A DNA stretch of 64,000 nt, from positions 353,516 to 417,515 of the forward strand of contig NMRA01000202.1 of the NCBI GenBank assembly GCA_002633005.1, given 5' to 3'. This DNA comes from Phoronis australis (lineage: Eukaryota; Animalia; Phoronida). Made by a program: the position numbers and the translations under genes. Below, in pieces: positions 13,007 through 25,503 of the stretch. Below the pieces are notes generated by a model. That model did no database searches. It had not been told where the DNA came from and saw only the letters and a program-made list of their open reading frames with translations. Each line of letters starts with the position of its first letter. The stretch's first letter is position 1.

Positions 13007-14034
13007 TTGTTGTGGCATACATTGTGGCGCTCGACTCATATTGCCACACGTACTAGGCACATATTCTCGTCAATATGTGCCTAGTACGTGTGCTGTCAAC
13101 ATCCAGACATACTGTCTTACGGGTGACAGCATTTGGGTATGACAATGTGCAGTAAACACCGGCACACACTGTTGCCCTCCAGTGAGTTGTTTACCGGTGT
13201 TCTTGACAGAGGCAGATCCATACAGACGGATCGAGGCCCAGGAAATTGTAAGAAAGCCGAAAACAAGGACGTTGAACGATGGGTAGACCCGGGAGATGAT
13301 GTTTGGTGGCGATGCCAGTCTGGTTTGCAGGAGCGTTGTATTTTAAACATTATCATTTGGCTTACTAAAGATGTGTTTTACTCTCTCCAACTTTGGATCC
13401 ACATTCCGATCCCCTGAAACATTTAACCCATCTTTCGGGAGAGTTCCTCGTTGAATGTTGGCTTTACCCATCCCTTCAGGTAGCAGACGTACACATAGCG
13501 TCGCCTACAGCCCAATTTTCCAACAGCCCATTTGTCAGACAGTCCATTAGTCCGAAAGTTTACTCACCGGGAAGCAAACCTTTGTCCGACGACCAATTTG
13601 TCAGAAAAATTATCCATTTGTCCGAAAGCTCATTCTGTGCAAAAAATTACCCATTAGTCCGAAGGTCCATTTGTCCGAAACATGACCATTTGTACAACGG
13701 TTCAAATGGGTTGTCTGACGAATGATTAATTTTCAGACGAGTAGATCTTCTGACCAGAGGGCCGTCGGCGAAACAGGCTTTCGTACTAATAGGTATTCAC
13801 TAATGGTGCTGTCGGAAAATTGGGATGCCACGTACCTGCAAGTACGCAGTCATGCAGTTTTGCTAAAGTTAGACGCTTTCAGAGTACGACAATGTGTCAT
13901 CTCAATGTGACAGCGTATATTGTTACACTTGACACATATTGTCACCCCACGGGGCGATAATTTGTGCCGTGTGCGACCATGCTGAGAACGTCGGCCATAT
14001 GATGCGTCGAGTGCGACAATATATGTCACAACAG
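13007..14034. mobile_element. Inverted-repeat element in receptor intron 1, containing a nested MITE
   Basis: TGTTGTGGCATACATTGTGGCGCTCGAC is inverted to GTCGAGTGCGACAATATATGTCACAACA. A related short copy lies at ~11812-11968. Confidence 0.6.
13511..13823. mobile_element. Nested MITE built of CCATTTGTCCGAAA-like repeats
   Basis: CCCAATTTTCCAACAGCCCATT / AATGGTGCTGTCGGAAAATTGGG inverted termini. Internal iterations of CCATT(T/A)GTC(C/A)GA. Confidence 0.7.
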
Positions 14035-14353
14035 AAATCTGTCCAACCCTCTACCTAACTCGGCCAAAGCGTCAGTGGCACAGACTTTGCAAGGGGTTGT
14101 CAAACTTGTTTAAAACCTTTGAAGGTTAACGAGGCTTTACTGACCAACGATATTTGACTTCAAAGTATTAAGTCATCCAGTTGTACACGTAGTTAATACC
14201 TGTTCTTAAAACAAGGCATAGTGTCCTTTAAAATAACCAAACAACACCGGTTGGTGCAGGCCTTTATAATTTTCTTTAGCTATAGACGGGGTTAATTTTT
14301 TTCTTAAAATTTAATGGTTGTTTACACACTATGACATGAAGATGGCGACTCAC

Positions 14354-14742
14354 CTGTCTACCGCTATGGCAACAAACGTAAAAACACTTGTGCCTATAGA
14401 ACAGTGTGTTATGAACTGTGAGAACTTGCAGTACGCTTGTCCGAACACCCAGTTGTTACCAAACACCATGTAGACACTGGTAAACACCGTGTTGAAAACA
14501 GAGATGGAGATGTCGGAGGCAGCCAGATTCACAAGAAAATAGTTCGCTACGGTCCTCATTCGCTTGTGTCCAAGAACGATCCAGATGACGACTGAGTTCC
14601 CACAAATCGACACTAGAACCATGGCAGTGAACAGGCACATATAGAGAAGCTGAATGTACCACGGTAGGTGGAAATCATACTCTGTCCCGCCCGACTGATT
14701 GTGGTTGTTGAGACCCTCCAAGAATCCGTGGGTGTCATTCAT
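14354..14742 (-). CDS. TACR: Tachykinin receptor-like GPCR, coding exon 1 (N-terminus to TM3 DR)
   Basis: Translates MNDTHG...GNSVVIWIVLGHKRMRTVANYFLVNLAASD...YCKF...AIAVDR. HKRMRTVxNYFLVNLA is typical of tachykinin receptors. N-glycosylation sequons NDT and NQS. Ends at donor AG|GTGAGT (phase 2). The symbol denotes the family, not a specific orthologue. Confidence 0.93.
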
Positions 14743-14848
14743 CCTGCAGCTGTACCGATGACTGATGACAAAGGATAAAGACGGATCGTCTTTATTTATG
14801 GATCGCTCGTGCCAAACAAGTCGCCTTAGTGCTCATGACGAAACATGC
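14743..14848 (-). other. Putative 5' UTR portion of the first coding exon, with two short uORFs
   Basis: Acceptor-like ATTTCTTTTAAG|G at 14849/14848. uORFs read MFRHEH* and MSTKATCLARAIHK*. A 9-bp hairpin ATAAAGACG-ATC-CGTCTTTAT lies upstream of the main ATG. Confidence 0.45.
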
Positions 14849-16488
14849 CTTAAAAGAAATTTATTTCATTTTTTGTAAAATTATCTTAAAGGAGCCACCT
14901 ATCAACACAAAATCTGTCTCGAACGTTTCCCTACCAGAACAGAAAATGATTCCCATTACCGAAGCACCATTCAGGGTATAGGTAAGTAAAAACGATATAC
15001 TTCTAAGTTTGAGTTGGCCAACCCTTCCGAGACGAATACTTCTTATCAATAGCAGTTCAATTATTCAATATAAAACGGTGAATCGCCGATGTCAAGTTTT
15101 TATCCAGCCTGCTTGAGAGTGCATAGAAATCCTTGTATGTATTCACAACAGCTAGGGTGTATGAATTGGGAGCGTTTCGTAGAGGACCCGGGGACGCGTA
15201 CACCAGATTACTTCCTAGCAACTAGATGTATGCCTGCACTGGGCCAGGAATTTCAAGTGTGAACATGTTCCTCGGTGATTTCATTATTTTTTAAAATTTT
15301 TTAAGAGTCTACAATTGCTTTAAAGTTTTGGCGCTTGTATAAGATTTTGTTGCCCCAAAATTGTTCAGCATTCTATGCATTGTGCTATAAACGTGACCTT
15401 TCAGCCCCCCATTTTCTGAACAACGAATAAAATACGTCTCCACAGTACTACGTTTTAGAGCAGGATATGTACTTACCGTTTTTCAGAAGTACGTGATTAG
15501 CATCTCGCTGTCAGTTTCGCGAACATAAACCGGAAAAAATGGACCACTGTTTTGTTTCAACTTAACCTCATCAGCGATTACTGTCATGATGTAAACAGTC
15601 TTTTAAAGACAGTATTTAATCCAGTTAAGCTAGTTTTCTAATGACCGTCTTTTATCCGACATCAATCTAAACCTGTTTCTGAGAGACACTCACTCGTGTC
15701 TTGTTGTAACATTAATGCCACTTTATCCGGGTGATATGTCAGTTTTATTTTTGTCGTTGCAGTGAGGTACTCTGTACTGATTTTGGTGAGACAAATTCGA
15801 TCAATAATAATATCCATATGCATTTACTATCTCCACATACTCAGTCTCGTGCTAGTGCATTTCAGAATAGATCGTCGGTTAAGTTAAACAGGTAACTATG
15901 TATTGCGGTCATGTGTGGACGGAAGGAGAAAGGATGAAACCCGACACTTAATTAATTATGTAACTACCTCTAAGTTTGACTCACCTGACATTTTGTGTTG
16001 GTGAATTGCAAGATAGTTTGATGGGCTTAATCATACCCCTTTCGCTTCATTTTAATAAACAATTCACTAAAACGAATTTTAATGCAAATTAGTTCAGTCG
16101 AAACTTAAGCCAAAATAATGCTCATTCATCGCAACACCTAAATGTTTTGAGCTTAATTGGATTTGAAATGAGTTTTTTTGGTTAATTTTTTATTTTTGGT
16201 GGTGCACCACCACCTAAAATGGCCGCCGTAGTGAATGACAGCTGACTCATGCATTATGGGTATTCATTCAATTGTCGCCATATGTAATGAAGTTTCGGTG
16301 GAAAAGAACACTTTTTAAAAATACTTTTAATTAAAAATCAATAGTAAAATAATTTAAAAAGCAAAAACACAAAAACAGTCGAAACTTACGCAATGCCTAT
16401 ATTTCAGCGATATCTTTTGACTGTAGAAACTCATCCTGTGTTTATAACTGGTGAATATAACGGAAACAAAATGCTTAAGGTGTCTCAC

Positions 16489-16645
16489 CAGTGGCGGATT
16501 TAGAGGGGGCCCAAAGGGGCCATGGCACCCCTAAAATTCACGCAGATTCCATGTGGCAGTTGGGAGCTGCGAATGTCTGACGGGCAAAATCCTGGCTAAT
16601 ACTCTGCAGCGGCCCCCCTAACCCAAAATCCTGGATCCGCCCCTG
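16489..16645. mobile_element. MITE (CAGTGGCGGAT...ATCCGCCCCTG) with 5-bp TSD CTCAC
   Basis: TIRs visible, CTCAC at 16484-16488 and 16646-16650. Homologous to 47266-47435 and 63687-63826. Confidence 0.85.
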
Positions 16646-18875
16646 CTCACTACCTTTGTTCGTAATAGCGGCATCCGTCTCTTCAATTATCAAAGAAAGA
16701 AATTTTAGTTTTTGATACCATATAATTGCAAAAATTTTGGTAAGCAAAGAAACGTACTGTGTTCACTAAAAGTGCACCTGGACTTAGATCGCCGTAACTT
16801 CCACAACCGTGAAACTTAACCCCAATCCTTGCAAAAATGAATATTTTCATATATTGCGAATAATTTGAAAGTCTTAATTTCCGAAAGTCAAGCTTTCAAG
16901 TTAAAATACATGAACAGAAAATTTTAGAAACGGCTGTGTAGCTATATGAATGAATGTGTGAGTGCCAGTCCAAAGTTACGGCAATCTCAATAAACGCGAC
17001 GTCTAGATATTACTTGCGTGCGAATGATATTTCCTTGCTCATCAACGATCTTAATAAATCAATATATGACTTTACGAGTTAAATCCTTAAACGTTTTACG
17101 ACACAATTTAATGTGAACCTTGGTAGCGAAGGTAGTTACTTTAATTATCAGATTTCTTGTGTTCACATTAATCAGTAGGAAAAAGATAACAGGTTTAAAA
17201 CAAAAATCTGAAAGACTGGATCAGTTAACGCTTCTATTAGTTTAAAGTCCATTAAAAGAATTAATCTTTTGGTTTAGAAGACTTACCGGCGTTACAAAAC
17301 TGGTTTCAACTTGTTCCATATTCAGTTAAAACATTATACCTAAGCTTAGGAAGAATTGATAGGTCTTGAGACCAGGAGAGCGTTCCGTAGATCTAGTTTC
17401 TTGCGAAAAAGCAGGATGTTGCAAGATCTCGCAAAGTTACGCTGCTAAAATGCGAGAGCTGCGCCATATGCTCGAGAACTTACTGGCTTAGACCACAAAT
17501 GGAGTGACCGATCACAAACAAATCCTTGCTATCGCTCTGTCTGAAGATACCGACAATAATGTTTACTTAGCAGAAAGCACACTTACAGTTTGTCATGGAT
17601 ATAGAAACTCAACAAAGACATGGGGTTTTGCCTTTGTAGTCAGCCTGCCAAAATCAGCAATTTTAGGTTTGATGTTAGAAGCAGGCAACCATTCTTAAAG
17701 TACTTATAGTAATCTTTCCATGAAAGTTAGGGAGTTGCCAAGCTGAAAAATGCACCGTTTCTATGATATCCAGGTTGGCCTACTTTGCGAGTCAAAGCAA
17801 AAAAATTCAGTTTCGAGGAAAAATTCTTATTAGAAGCCTGCAACCTTGCCCATAGTACTTGGGTTGACGCTTTATTAGAACTTAGCGGTGATGCTAAGCT
17901 GATTTGGTTATCGTTACCACGGTAGACAGATATTTTGACGGTTGAGGTCAACAATTTTTTGATTGATGGCAGTCACGTTAGAAATAGAAAACCCTGAAAA
18001 ATCATTTTAGTAAACCTCCCTACAACCTTGATTGTGTACCGTTGCCATGGTAGTCAGGTATTTTGGAATTAGAACACGCTACACTCCAAAGAAATTTTGA
18101 AAAGTTCAAATTGACTAAAGCAAACACTGTTTGTTCTATCAATGATATACCAGTGGCAGTAGGACAATTTCGAAAATGGTTGCCAAAGCAACTCGTGCAC
18201 ATATGTGGCCTATTAGCGCCGGGGCCCTTATTTTTTCGAAGACTTGTCTTGACTCGGTGCTTATTTAACCATGCCAGTTTTCTGTCCCAGCACTCACTTA
18301 CTGTTGATTGTTGTTATCAACTGCATGGTATTTTTTTAATATGTTTTCATGAACAGACGTTGTTTTGAACAGTGTTCGTTTCTCTTCGCAACAGTATCCA
18401 GACGAGGGCAGGACTGACTTCTGCAAGTTACATACATATACGCTTTTAAGACAACCGTTACATAAAACATGATTTTTGACGTTTGTAACGCATCTATTTC
18501 CACGAGTTATGTTGACCTACAATCAGTTAACAATAGCCCCAGTCTATCCAGTAAAACAGTCAATTGCGGTCAGAGTTTTATTTCAATTAGCCTTGAATTA
18601 CCGAACCGGCCTTTATTTAACAATGAATTGTGGGATTGAATCCATTGTTTCCGTTTCATAAGCGATGTTTTTACCTCAAATAAAACCCAATGTCTTGCGA
18701 TCTACCGAACTCGACCCAGGTTCAATGAGCTGGCTTGTCACGACTTTTCATTTTAGGAGCCAAGCATGCTCTCAATGAATCCAAGTTCAGAAATCACTTC
18801 GAACAGCTGATTATTTAATATGACTTATCCTTATTAAAATGACATGGGCAAGAAATTGAATTTTTGGCTCAAAAG

Positions 18876-19640
18876 TGGGGCCGCATATATTGATAGAGAA
18901 TGCCCCGCTCGAAGGGGTCTGGAGAGCGGTGCTTCTATATTAATATAGATGGCCGCGCTCTTCGGACCCTTTTAAGCGGGGCCGTCTATATTAATATAGA
19001 TTGTCCCACTTAAAGGGGTCCGAAGAGCGGGGCCACTTATATTAATACAAAGGGCTCCGCCAGACGGGGTCTGATAAAGGGTGCCCGCTATAATAATATA
19101 CGGGGCCCGCTCTTTGGACGCCTCTTAGCGGGACCTTCTTTACTAATATAGGTGACCCCGCTCAAAGGGTCCTAAGAGTGGGTCCCTCTTTAATATTATC
19201 GCGGGCACCGCTCTTCAGTACCCTTCCGGCGAGGCCTATATTAATGCAGAAGGCCTCGCTCTTTTGACTCCTTCGGGTGGGGCTCTCAATACTAATATAG
19301 GGGGCCTCGCTTTTCAGACCCATTTTGATGGGACCACGTATATTAATGTAGTTTGCCTCGCTCTTCGGACCCCTCCTAATGAGGCGCCCCATATTAATAT
19401 AAGGGCCCTCACTCTTAGCACCCCCTTTGAAGGGCCCTCCTATATTGATATATGTAGCCCCGCTCTTCGGTTTTCTTTAGACACGGCTTCCTATTTTAAT
19501 ATAGGAATCACCACTCCAAGGCATCTGAAGAGTGGGGCGCTTTTTAAAGATATTGCAGGTCCGGCCTGAATGCACCCAAAGAGCGGAGACTGTCGGCTGT
19601 GGTTGAAGGCGGCCACTTACATTAATACAGAGGGCGCCAC
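18876..19640. repeat. Left subterminal array of ~50-bp palindromic units
   Basis: Repeated TATATTAATATA cores flanked by GGGGCC/GGCCCC arms, separated by CGCTCTTCGGACCCCTT or its reverse complement. Roughly 15 diverged units. Confidence 0.85.
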
Positions 19641-21904
19641 TGTTTGCCTTCCCCTTTCAGAGGCCCTTGACTGTTACAGGGGGCCCCAATCTTTTGGCGG
19701 GGTCCTCTATGATTGGTTAGTTGCCCCTCTCTTTGGCTGACTTTAGGTGAGGCTCCATTGCATAATTCATCAGGCTCCATTATTCAGCCGGCTTGTTCAT
19801 TTTTCTGGCTATTATGTGCGCCCCTGTTTCAGTTGCTGGAATCCTTAGCTAATTGTGATATAGTAACTTCTTATTCAGGAACCATTAAGTTCATTCCATT
19901 TGATTTTCATTCACCAACACAATCAAGTTGTGGGTCGATCGGGTCGTGGGTTGAGGGGGAATGTAGGTCAAGTGGGGTTGAGGGGTGTGGGGGTTGAGAG
20001 GGCTTAGAGCAATCCGTATATACAACTGTACAGCCACTTGCAGAAACGAAGTCGTTGAATCCTAACTGGGAAAATAAAACAGACATGATCAGGCTATTTT
20101 AAAACATATTTCACAAAACATTGCAACTACAAAATAGTTAATAACAAATCAACAGTAAAATCATTAAATAAATTTAATTGTGTGCAGCAACAATTTGATC
20201 GGTCAGTCACCTGAGCTGTGCCGCTACAGCTATGGCTTGTTCATACTGAGATTTTGTTTTTTTGTCGAACTATGACACGTTCAACTTGCCGAAATTCCTC
20301 GTCTACAGTCTCAACGTGCTTCGGTAGTTTAGATTCTGTGATATCAGTACTGTGAAACGCAAACAAGGGAACTGACATAGACTGTGATTAGCAAACACTT
20401 TCATGACAATCACCTCCTTGTGGTTGACCTACTTCACCAATTTTTGGTGATTTTCGGGCCAATGAGCTATATACATAGAGGTGACACGACTGTACTCGCA
20501 AGACAGCGTTCCGCCATATTGATGATGAACGATATGTAAACAGAAGCACGGTGGCCTTATGGAAGCCGGGTAATTTTCAGAAGAAAATTTGAAATTTTAA
20601 ATACTAGCCAGGTTTTAAAATATTGGTAACATATTAAAGCATTGTAAACATGTGACCCACGCGTTGCTTAAACGGTCATTTTAAGGCCGTGAAAAGACAT
20701 AATTCCCCAATTATTTGACCAGAAATCGCTGCCGTTATGGCCTAGGATCTCTTGCCGGTTTACGAATTACACCGCACACTTTTTATAATTGTTTAAAAAT
20801 ACCTCGATGCCTTTAATACCCACATGAGAATCTAGTTCTTAACTCGATTTGTTTTGGCTAAGCTTATACTTGTACAAAACTTGATTATTAGTTGTTTACA
20901 AGTCGGATAAGATGATCAGCTGGAAAGGAGACAATCCCATCAACCATTGCATTCCTAAAATATGCATGAAGTTAATTTTTGTCAGCTTTAGCCCAAAGAG
21001 ATCCCTTTTAATGCCTCGGGTAATTTATGAAGTTCCCCTCAACCTTGAAACAAGTTGAACTGAAATTTCAGTGGCGGATCCAGGATATCATAAGGGGGCG
21101 GGCCCAACATTTTGTCTCCGGGAATCGCACAAAGCACGATTGCGTGGGCGCACCCAGCCTAAATTATAGGAGGGCTCGGAAAAAAAACAAAGAAACGGGA
21201 AACCGATTGCGCCGGCAATCTGACAGTCCCTAAAACTGGCTGTAATTGTCTACTTTAGGTCGTATCAACCAAGAACATGTACAATGTATACGCGTTTTAT
21301 GAAAATGGAAAAAAATGTCTTGGCCTGTATTCATGTTTGCGCCGTCACACATCTGTAAGACTTTTTGTGATACCTCAGTGACACTCTGGTTGTTTATCCT
21401 AAGTGGAAAACTAATTGTGTACATTTTGACACTCTACTGTCTCAAAATTTAAACCATTGTATCATAGACCCTGTGTCAAAATACAGCAGCGATTGGGTGG
21501 ATTCAGAATTTTAAATAAAGTACGCACAATGTTAATGTATATACCAATGTACCCCCATGGATCTGCGAATCATGCATGGAATCGCAGATTTTCCATCAAT
21601 AACATTGAGAATGACAAGGGTAACAAAAACATGTATCCTCAGAAACAACACATTGAGATGCTATTCCAAATAGGTTTCAATTTGTTTCAACCATCAATAC
21701 AACAAAAACTCACACAAAACAAAAACAAAACTGCTACTAAGAGGCGCCACAGTAATTGACGCCGTCCAAAAGTCGTTGGTATATGCCCTCTTCCCGTGAG
21801 AAGATATCTGTGAATTTACATAATTATCTTAAAAGTGGCTTGGCCGACAGAGAAGGAAATGCCAAAACCAACTAAAAAAAGTTAAAACATCCAATAATAA
21901 CCAA

Positions 21905-22006
21905 TAAGCATGGCGTGTAAAAACAAGGCATTGTTCTTATGTACTTTAAAATATTCAGTAAGCATGGGGTGTAAAAACAAGGCATTGTTCGTATGTACTT
22001 TAAAAC
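21905..22006. repeat. Two-copy tandem duplication (~54-bp period)
   Basis: TAAGCATGG(C/G)GTGTAAAAACAAGGCATTGTTC(T/G)TATGTACTTTAAAA occurs twice. Confidence 0.85.
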
Positions 22007-23135
22007 GTCATGTAGTCAACACAAATATTGCCTGCAACAGGTCAGATAGTTAATAACAAAGCTTTTACGATATGTGCTTCAAGACAAAAAATGTCAGCCT
22101 GCTGAGACTATTTTGGCACAGTTTTGCTGTTTTTCCATTAAGCTACTCTGACTGCTTTTGTAGACCATTGATTAAGGTAATATAACAGACACACTAACAA
22201 GCTAGGTCCATTTCCTGTTGAACTAGCCACGGCTGAAGAACATGGTTTACTGAAGTCCACTTCAGGGTTCAACACGTTTAAGGTTTTTTAATTTGGCAAG
22301 TTAATACCAAAAACTTGACGCAGCTTTCTAGGGAGTAGAGGAGATGAACAATTGTTTCTGATATTTAATTCTCCCCTGCAATTTTGTTTTGTTTGAATTA
22401 TATTTTCAGCTCAAAACACAGTTGCACACGGCTTCAAAGGTATGATTATGTGTGAATTAAGAAAAATGCAAATAGTAATTTTCATAAACGAGCATCCACC
22501 CCTTCTCAAAGATTTTGGCCAGGGATTCAAACAAATTCCATACTTGAAACCTCAAAAGGACAAAAATCACAAAATTGCATCTGACCTTCGTATGGGTCAT
22601 TTTGAAAACCGCCGACAGAATAATTCGACCAAGTTCAGCTGGCATCAGGTTACATAGGGGGAAAGAGAGCCTGAACCATATCAGCCAACATCAAGCGATG
22701 CTGAGAAAAAACGTATACCGACCCGTTCTGAACTTTAAGCTGGCATAATACGGATTTTTTACTCCAAAATTTGGACAGCTTAAAACTAGCACATCGCATC
22801 AACTTAAAAAAACACAATTGGAACCAAATATGCTGTTTTTGTAGGACTACCATGAAATTCACTGGCCTTTGAACAATATGAGCTTGGTAAGCTTCAGCCT
22901 TACATTACAGGTATTGAATGATGCAGTTTGGAGTTATGCAGTTAAATGCTGCACAATACACGTGTGGGCATCACGAGTATGGTTCACCAGCAAGATGGCG
23001 GACCACTCCGCTCAACGAAAACCACGTGATGTCAACTCTAGTTCAATTTATCTCATTGGTTCGGGCTCTGCACTTTTCTACTTTCGCTAAGGAGAAGAGC
23101 TGGGGCCTTGTTAGGCAATTACATCGCCCTGGATG

Positions 23136-23625
23136 CCGCAGGCATACAGGGGCGATAGTACATCCCCACAAAAAGTTACGAATTTCAAAATATAGGACAT
23201 AAAATAAAATGAAACATGCATCTATGAACATGGAGTTATAATTAACACATACCATAAGTCTAGTGGAGACGATTCGATTGATATAATTTGAACAAGTCGA
23301 TGAAAATCTGTCGCGGTATGCTCAAGTTTCTCCTACCGGGTGATATTTTGAGGAACTTAAGTGAAATCACGCATGTTGACGAATAAAAAATCCAAGGGAC
23401 TGAAATCTTACAAATTTCACCCGATACCTTCCCATGCAATTTTGCGAGTGTCACGCGCCATCGTCACGCGCTTCACTCAGACTCGCGCTAGCCTTTGCCT
23501 AATTCACGTGACTCAGTTGAAATACTTTGTGCTTGTCGCGTGTGGTGAAAAAGTTGATGACCAAAATGTGGAGTTGGAATTTTTCGCCAAAGTTACCTTA
23601 TTGTAGCTATATACTTCATCGAAAA
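23136..23625 (+). repeat. Dispersed repeat, second copy at ~44549-44805
   Basis: CAGGCATACAGGGGCGATAGTA.ATCCCCA...GAAACATGCAT...GTGGAGTTGGAATTTTT..CGCCAAAGT is shared by both loci. Confidence 0.75.
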
Positions 23626-23629
23626 TGTG

Positions 23630-24884
23630 TGCAATGAGAGAGAAAATATTATAATCAAAGCTCAAAGGCAAAGTCCAGCCAAAGAAGAAACACTTGCATA
23701 ATACTGGATGGCATGGACCAACAAAAAACGAATCTGCCTGCTTTTAATATTTATAGCAAAACGCTACAAAATTGCATAAATTGAGAACTCATCTCACTGG
23801 TGTAATTAACCATGGACACCAAACCATCGGTTTTTTGACATTGGGCAGTAAGGACATGGGCCAGATGTGACAGCCAATGTCATCTATGAGCTTTTTGCCC
23901 CCAATTCTGTATCTTCAGATGGACAATTGTTGGAGGGAAAATAAAAATATTGTAGTTTTTGGGCTTTGTGCGCTTTTGGTTGAAATGTGAATTTTTTCTA
24001 AAATTAAAGTTGGTTTTTTAATGGTGGGCCATAGACATGAAGATGTAGATCAAGTTTTTTCTCGTTTTTCTATGTACATGGCTCGTCATTCAATTGTTAT
24101 GTTTCCAAAATTAATGGATACACCACTCCAAACCCTGTTTCTTATTCATTTACAAAAATGTATAACATAAGTGAATGAATAACACCACATTTAAATCCCA
24201 CGCACAATCACTCATTGCCTCACCAGTTTAAATTCTCCCTTCGTTACGGCAAGTGCACCATTTCTGTGAAAAAGTGGTCCTCTGACAACACCTGGACACC
24301 AACGGACTTTAACATTGAAACTGGTAGGTAACCTGTTCTATCAAAGCTGTTACATATTATGTTCAATTCATGTGTGAGGGTTTTGCATCACAGTTTGGCA
24401 TAAATACATTAATGTGGTACCAAACATCCACAATGTCTTGTTTTTGCTGAAGAAATGGTTAATTTGTTATACTCCTGACCTTTCACTGTTAATTGAACTT
24501 GTCACGATTTAATAAGACTTGTGACTGATTGCAAAGTGTTGCTTCCAGAAACGCACACAAGTTCAATCATAAGAGAGGTCTGTGTCAGTCTGTGCCAGCA
24601 TTCTTGCTGAATTTGCTTTTCATTGTTATGCAACAGATTGTTCTTTTACTTGCTCTCTCTAACCAAAGTGTAATATTGTGCAAATTAAATTTGCTTTATG
24701 CAATCTCACTGCTGTGTTTGTGCAGTGCCATACTTCCTGATGTCAATCCCAGTCAATCCCACAAAGTTGCTGACCCTAAACTACGATAAGCTGGAGCTGC
24801 ACAAGCTAAAAAGTGCAATTATGACCAACGAAGAAGATAAGCAATGGTGGAGCCAGTGGTTCCAAAAGCTAGACGGTATAGAAG
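23630..24884 (+). pseudogene. Frameshifted Sola-like DDE transposase remnant
   Basis: ILDGMDQQKTNLP (23701-23739), HLTGVINHG, LYLQMDNCWRENKN (~23907-23948), FLMVGHRHEDVDQVFSRFS (~24015-24071) and NHSLPHQFKF...KKWSSDNTW, with stops and frameshifts. A probable further exon at 24726-24884 (CAG|...|GTAAG). Confidence 0.75.
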
Positions 24885-25503
24885 GTAAGATACCACCGGC
24901 CACCTATTACTTTTTCAACCATATTATATTTTTATTTGCAAGTTGTGCTTGTGGAGGCAGGGTCAAAATCGAACTTCAAAATATTTTTGATATTTTCTGT
25001 TCTACTTTTGTGCAAAGTCCTTATATGTATTATGTATTCTGTGCTGAAATACATAATGGCGCATGCACGAGTCTCTTATCCTACATTCTTGCAACAAAAT
25101 TCTTGAAATTATGGGTTGTGACTCGAACTGTTATCGTTAATGCTGGAGTCATCAAGTGTAAAGCTAGTATTAGACATTTAGCACTAAAACAGAATTTTAA
25201 ATACTTAATCTTGAAGTAGCACTTACGTGGAACAGAGAATGTCAAAAACTATTTAGAATTCAAGCATCCCAGATCTTGCATTTTGCAAAAGGCGATGCAC
25301 ACATTCATTTAAGTAACCTGGGGTCCCCCGGGATAAGTTTTGAAAGAATATTGTTGGCTTAAAACATTTATTAAATGGTAGCTCCTAATTCCGATAAATG
25401 TTTAGTCCATTTGGTATAATGAAATTGGCCTCCACTTATTCCTTACACCAAAGGTGATTTTTAAGCTTGTGAAGAACTGAGAGCTTATTTTCTCTTTAAT
25501 TAA

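Noticed and set aside
18876-19640. CRISPR-like repeat/spacer appearance
   Set aside because: The spacers are copies of one sequence rather than unique, the repeats are degenerate, there are no cas genes, and the context is a eukaryotic transposon terminus.
24698-25219. 173-aa ORF as an intact gene
   Set aside because: Only 24726-24884 looks exon-like, within the dead transposase. Downstream of GTAAG the sequence is intron-like.
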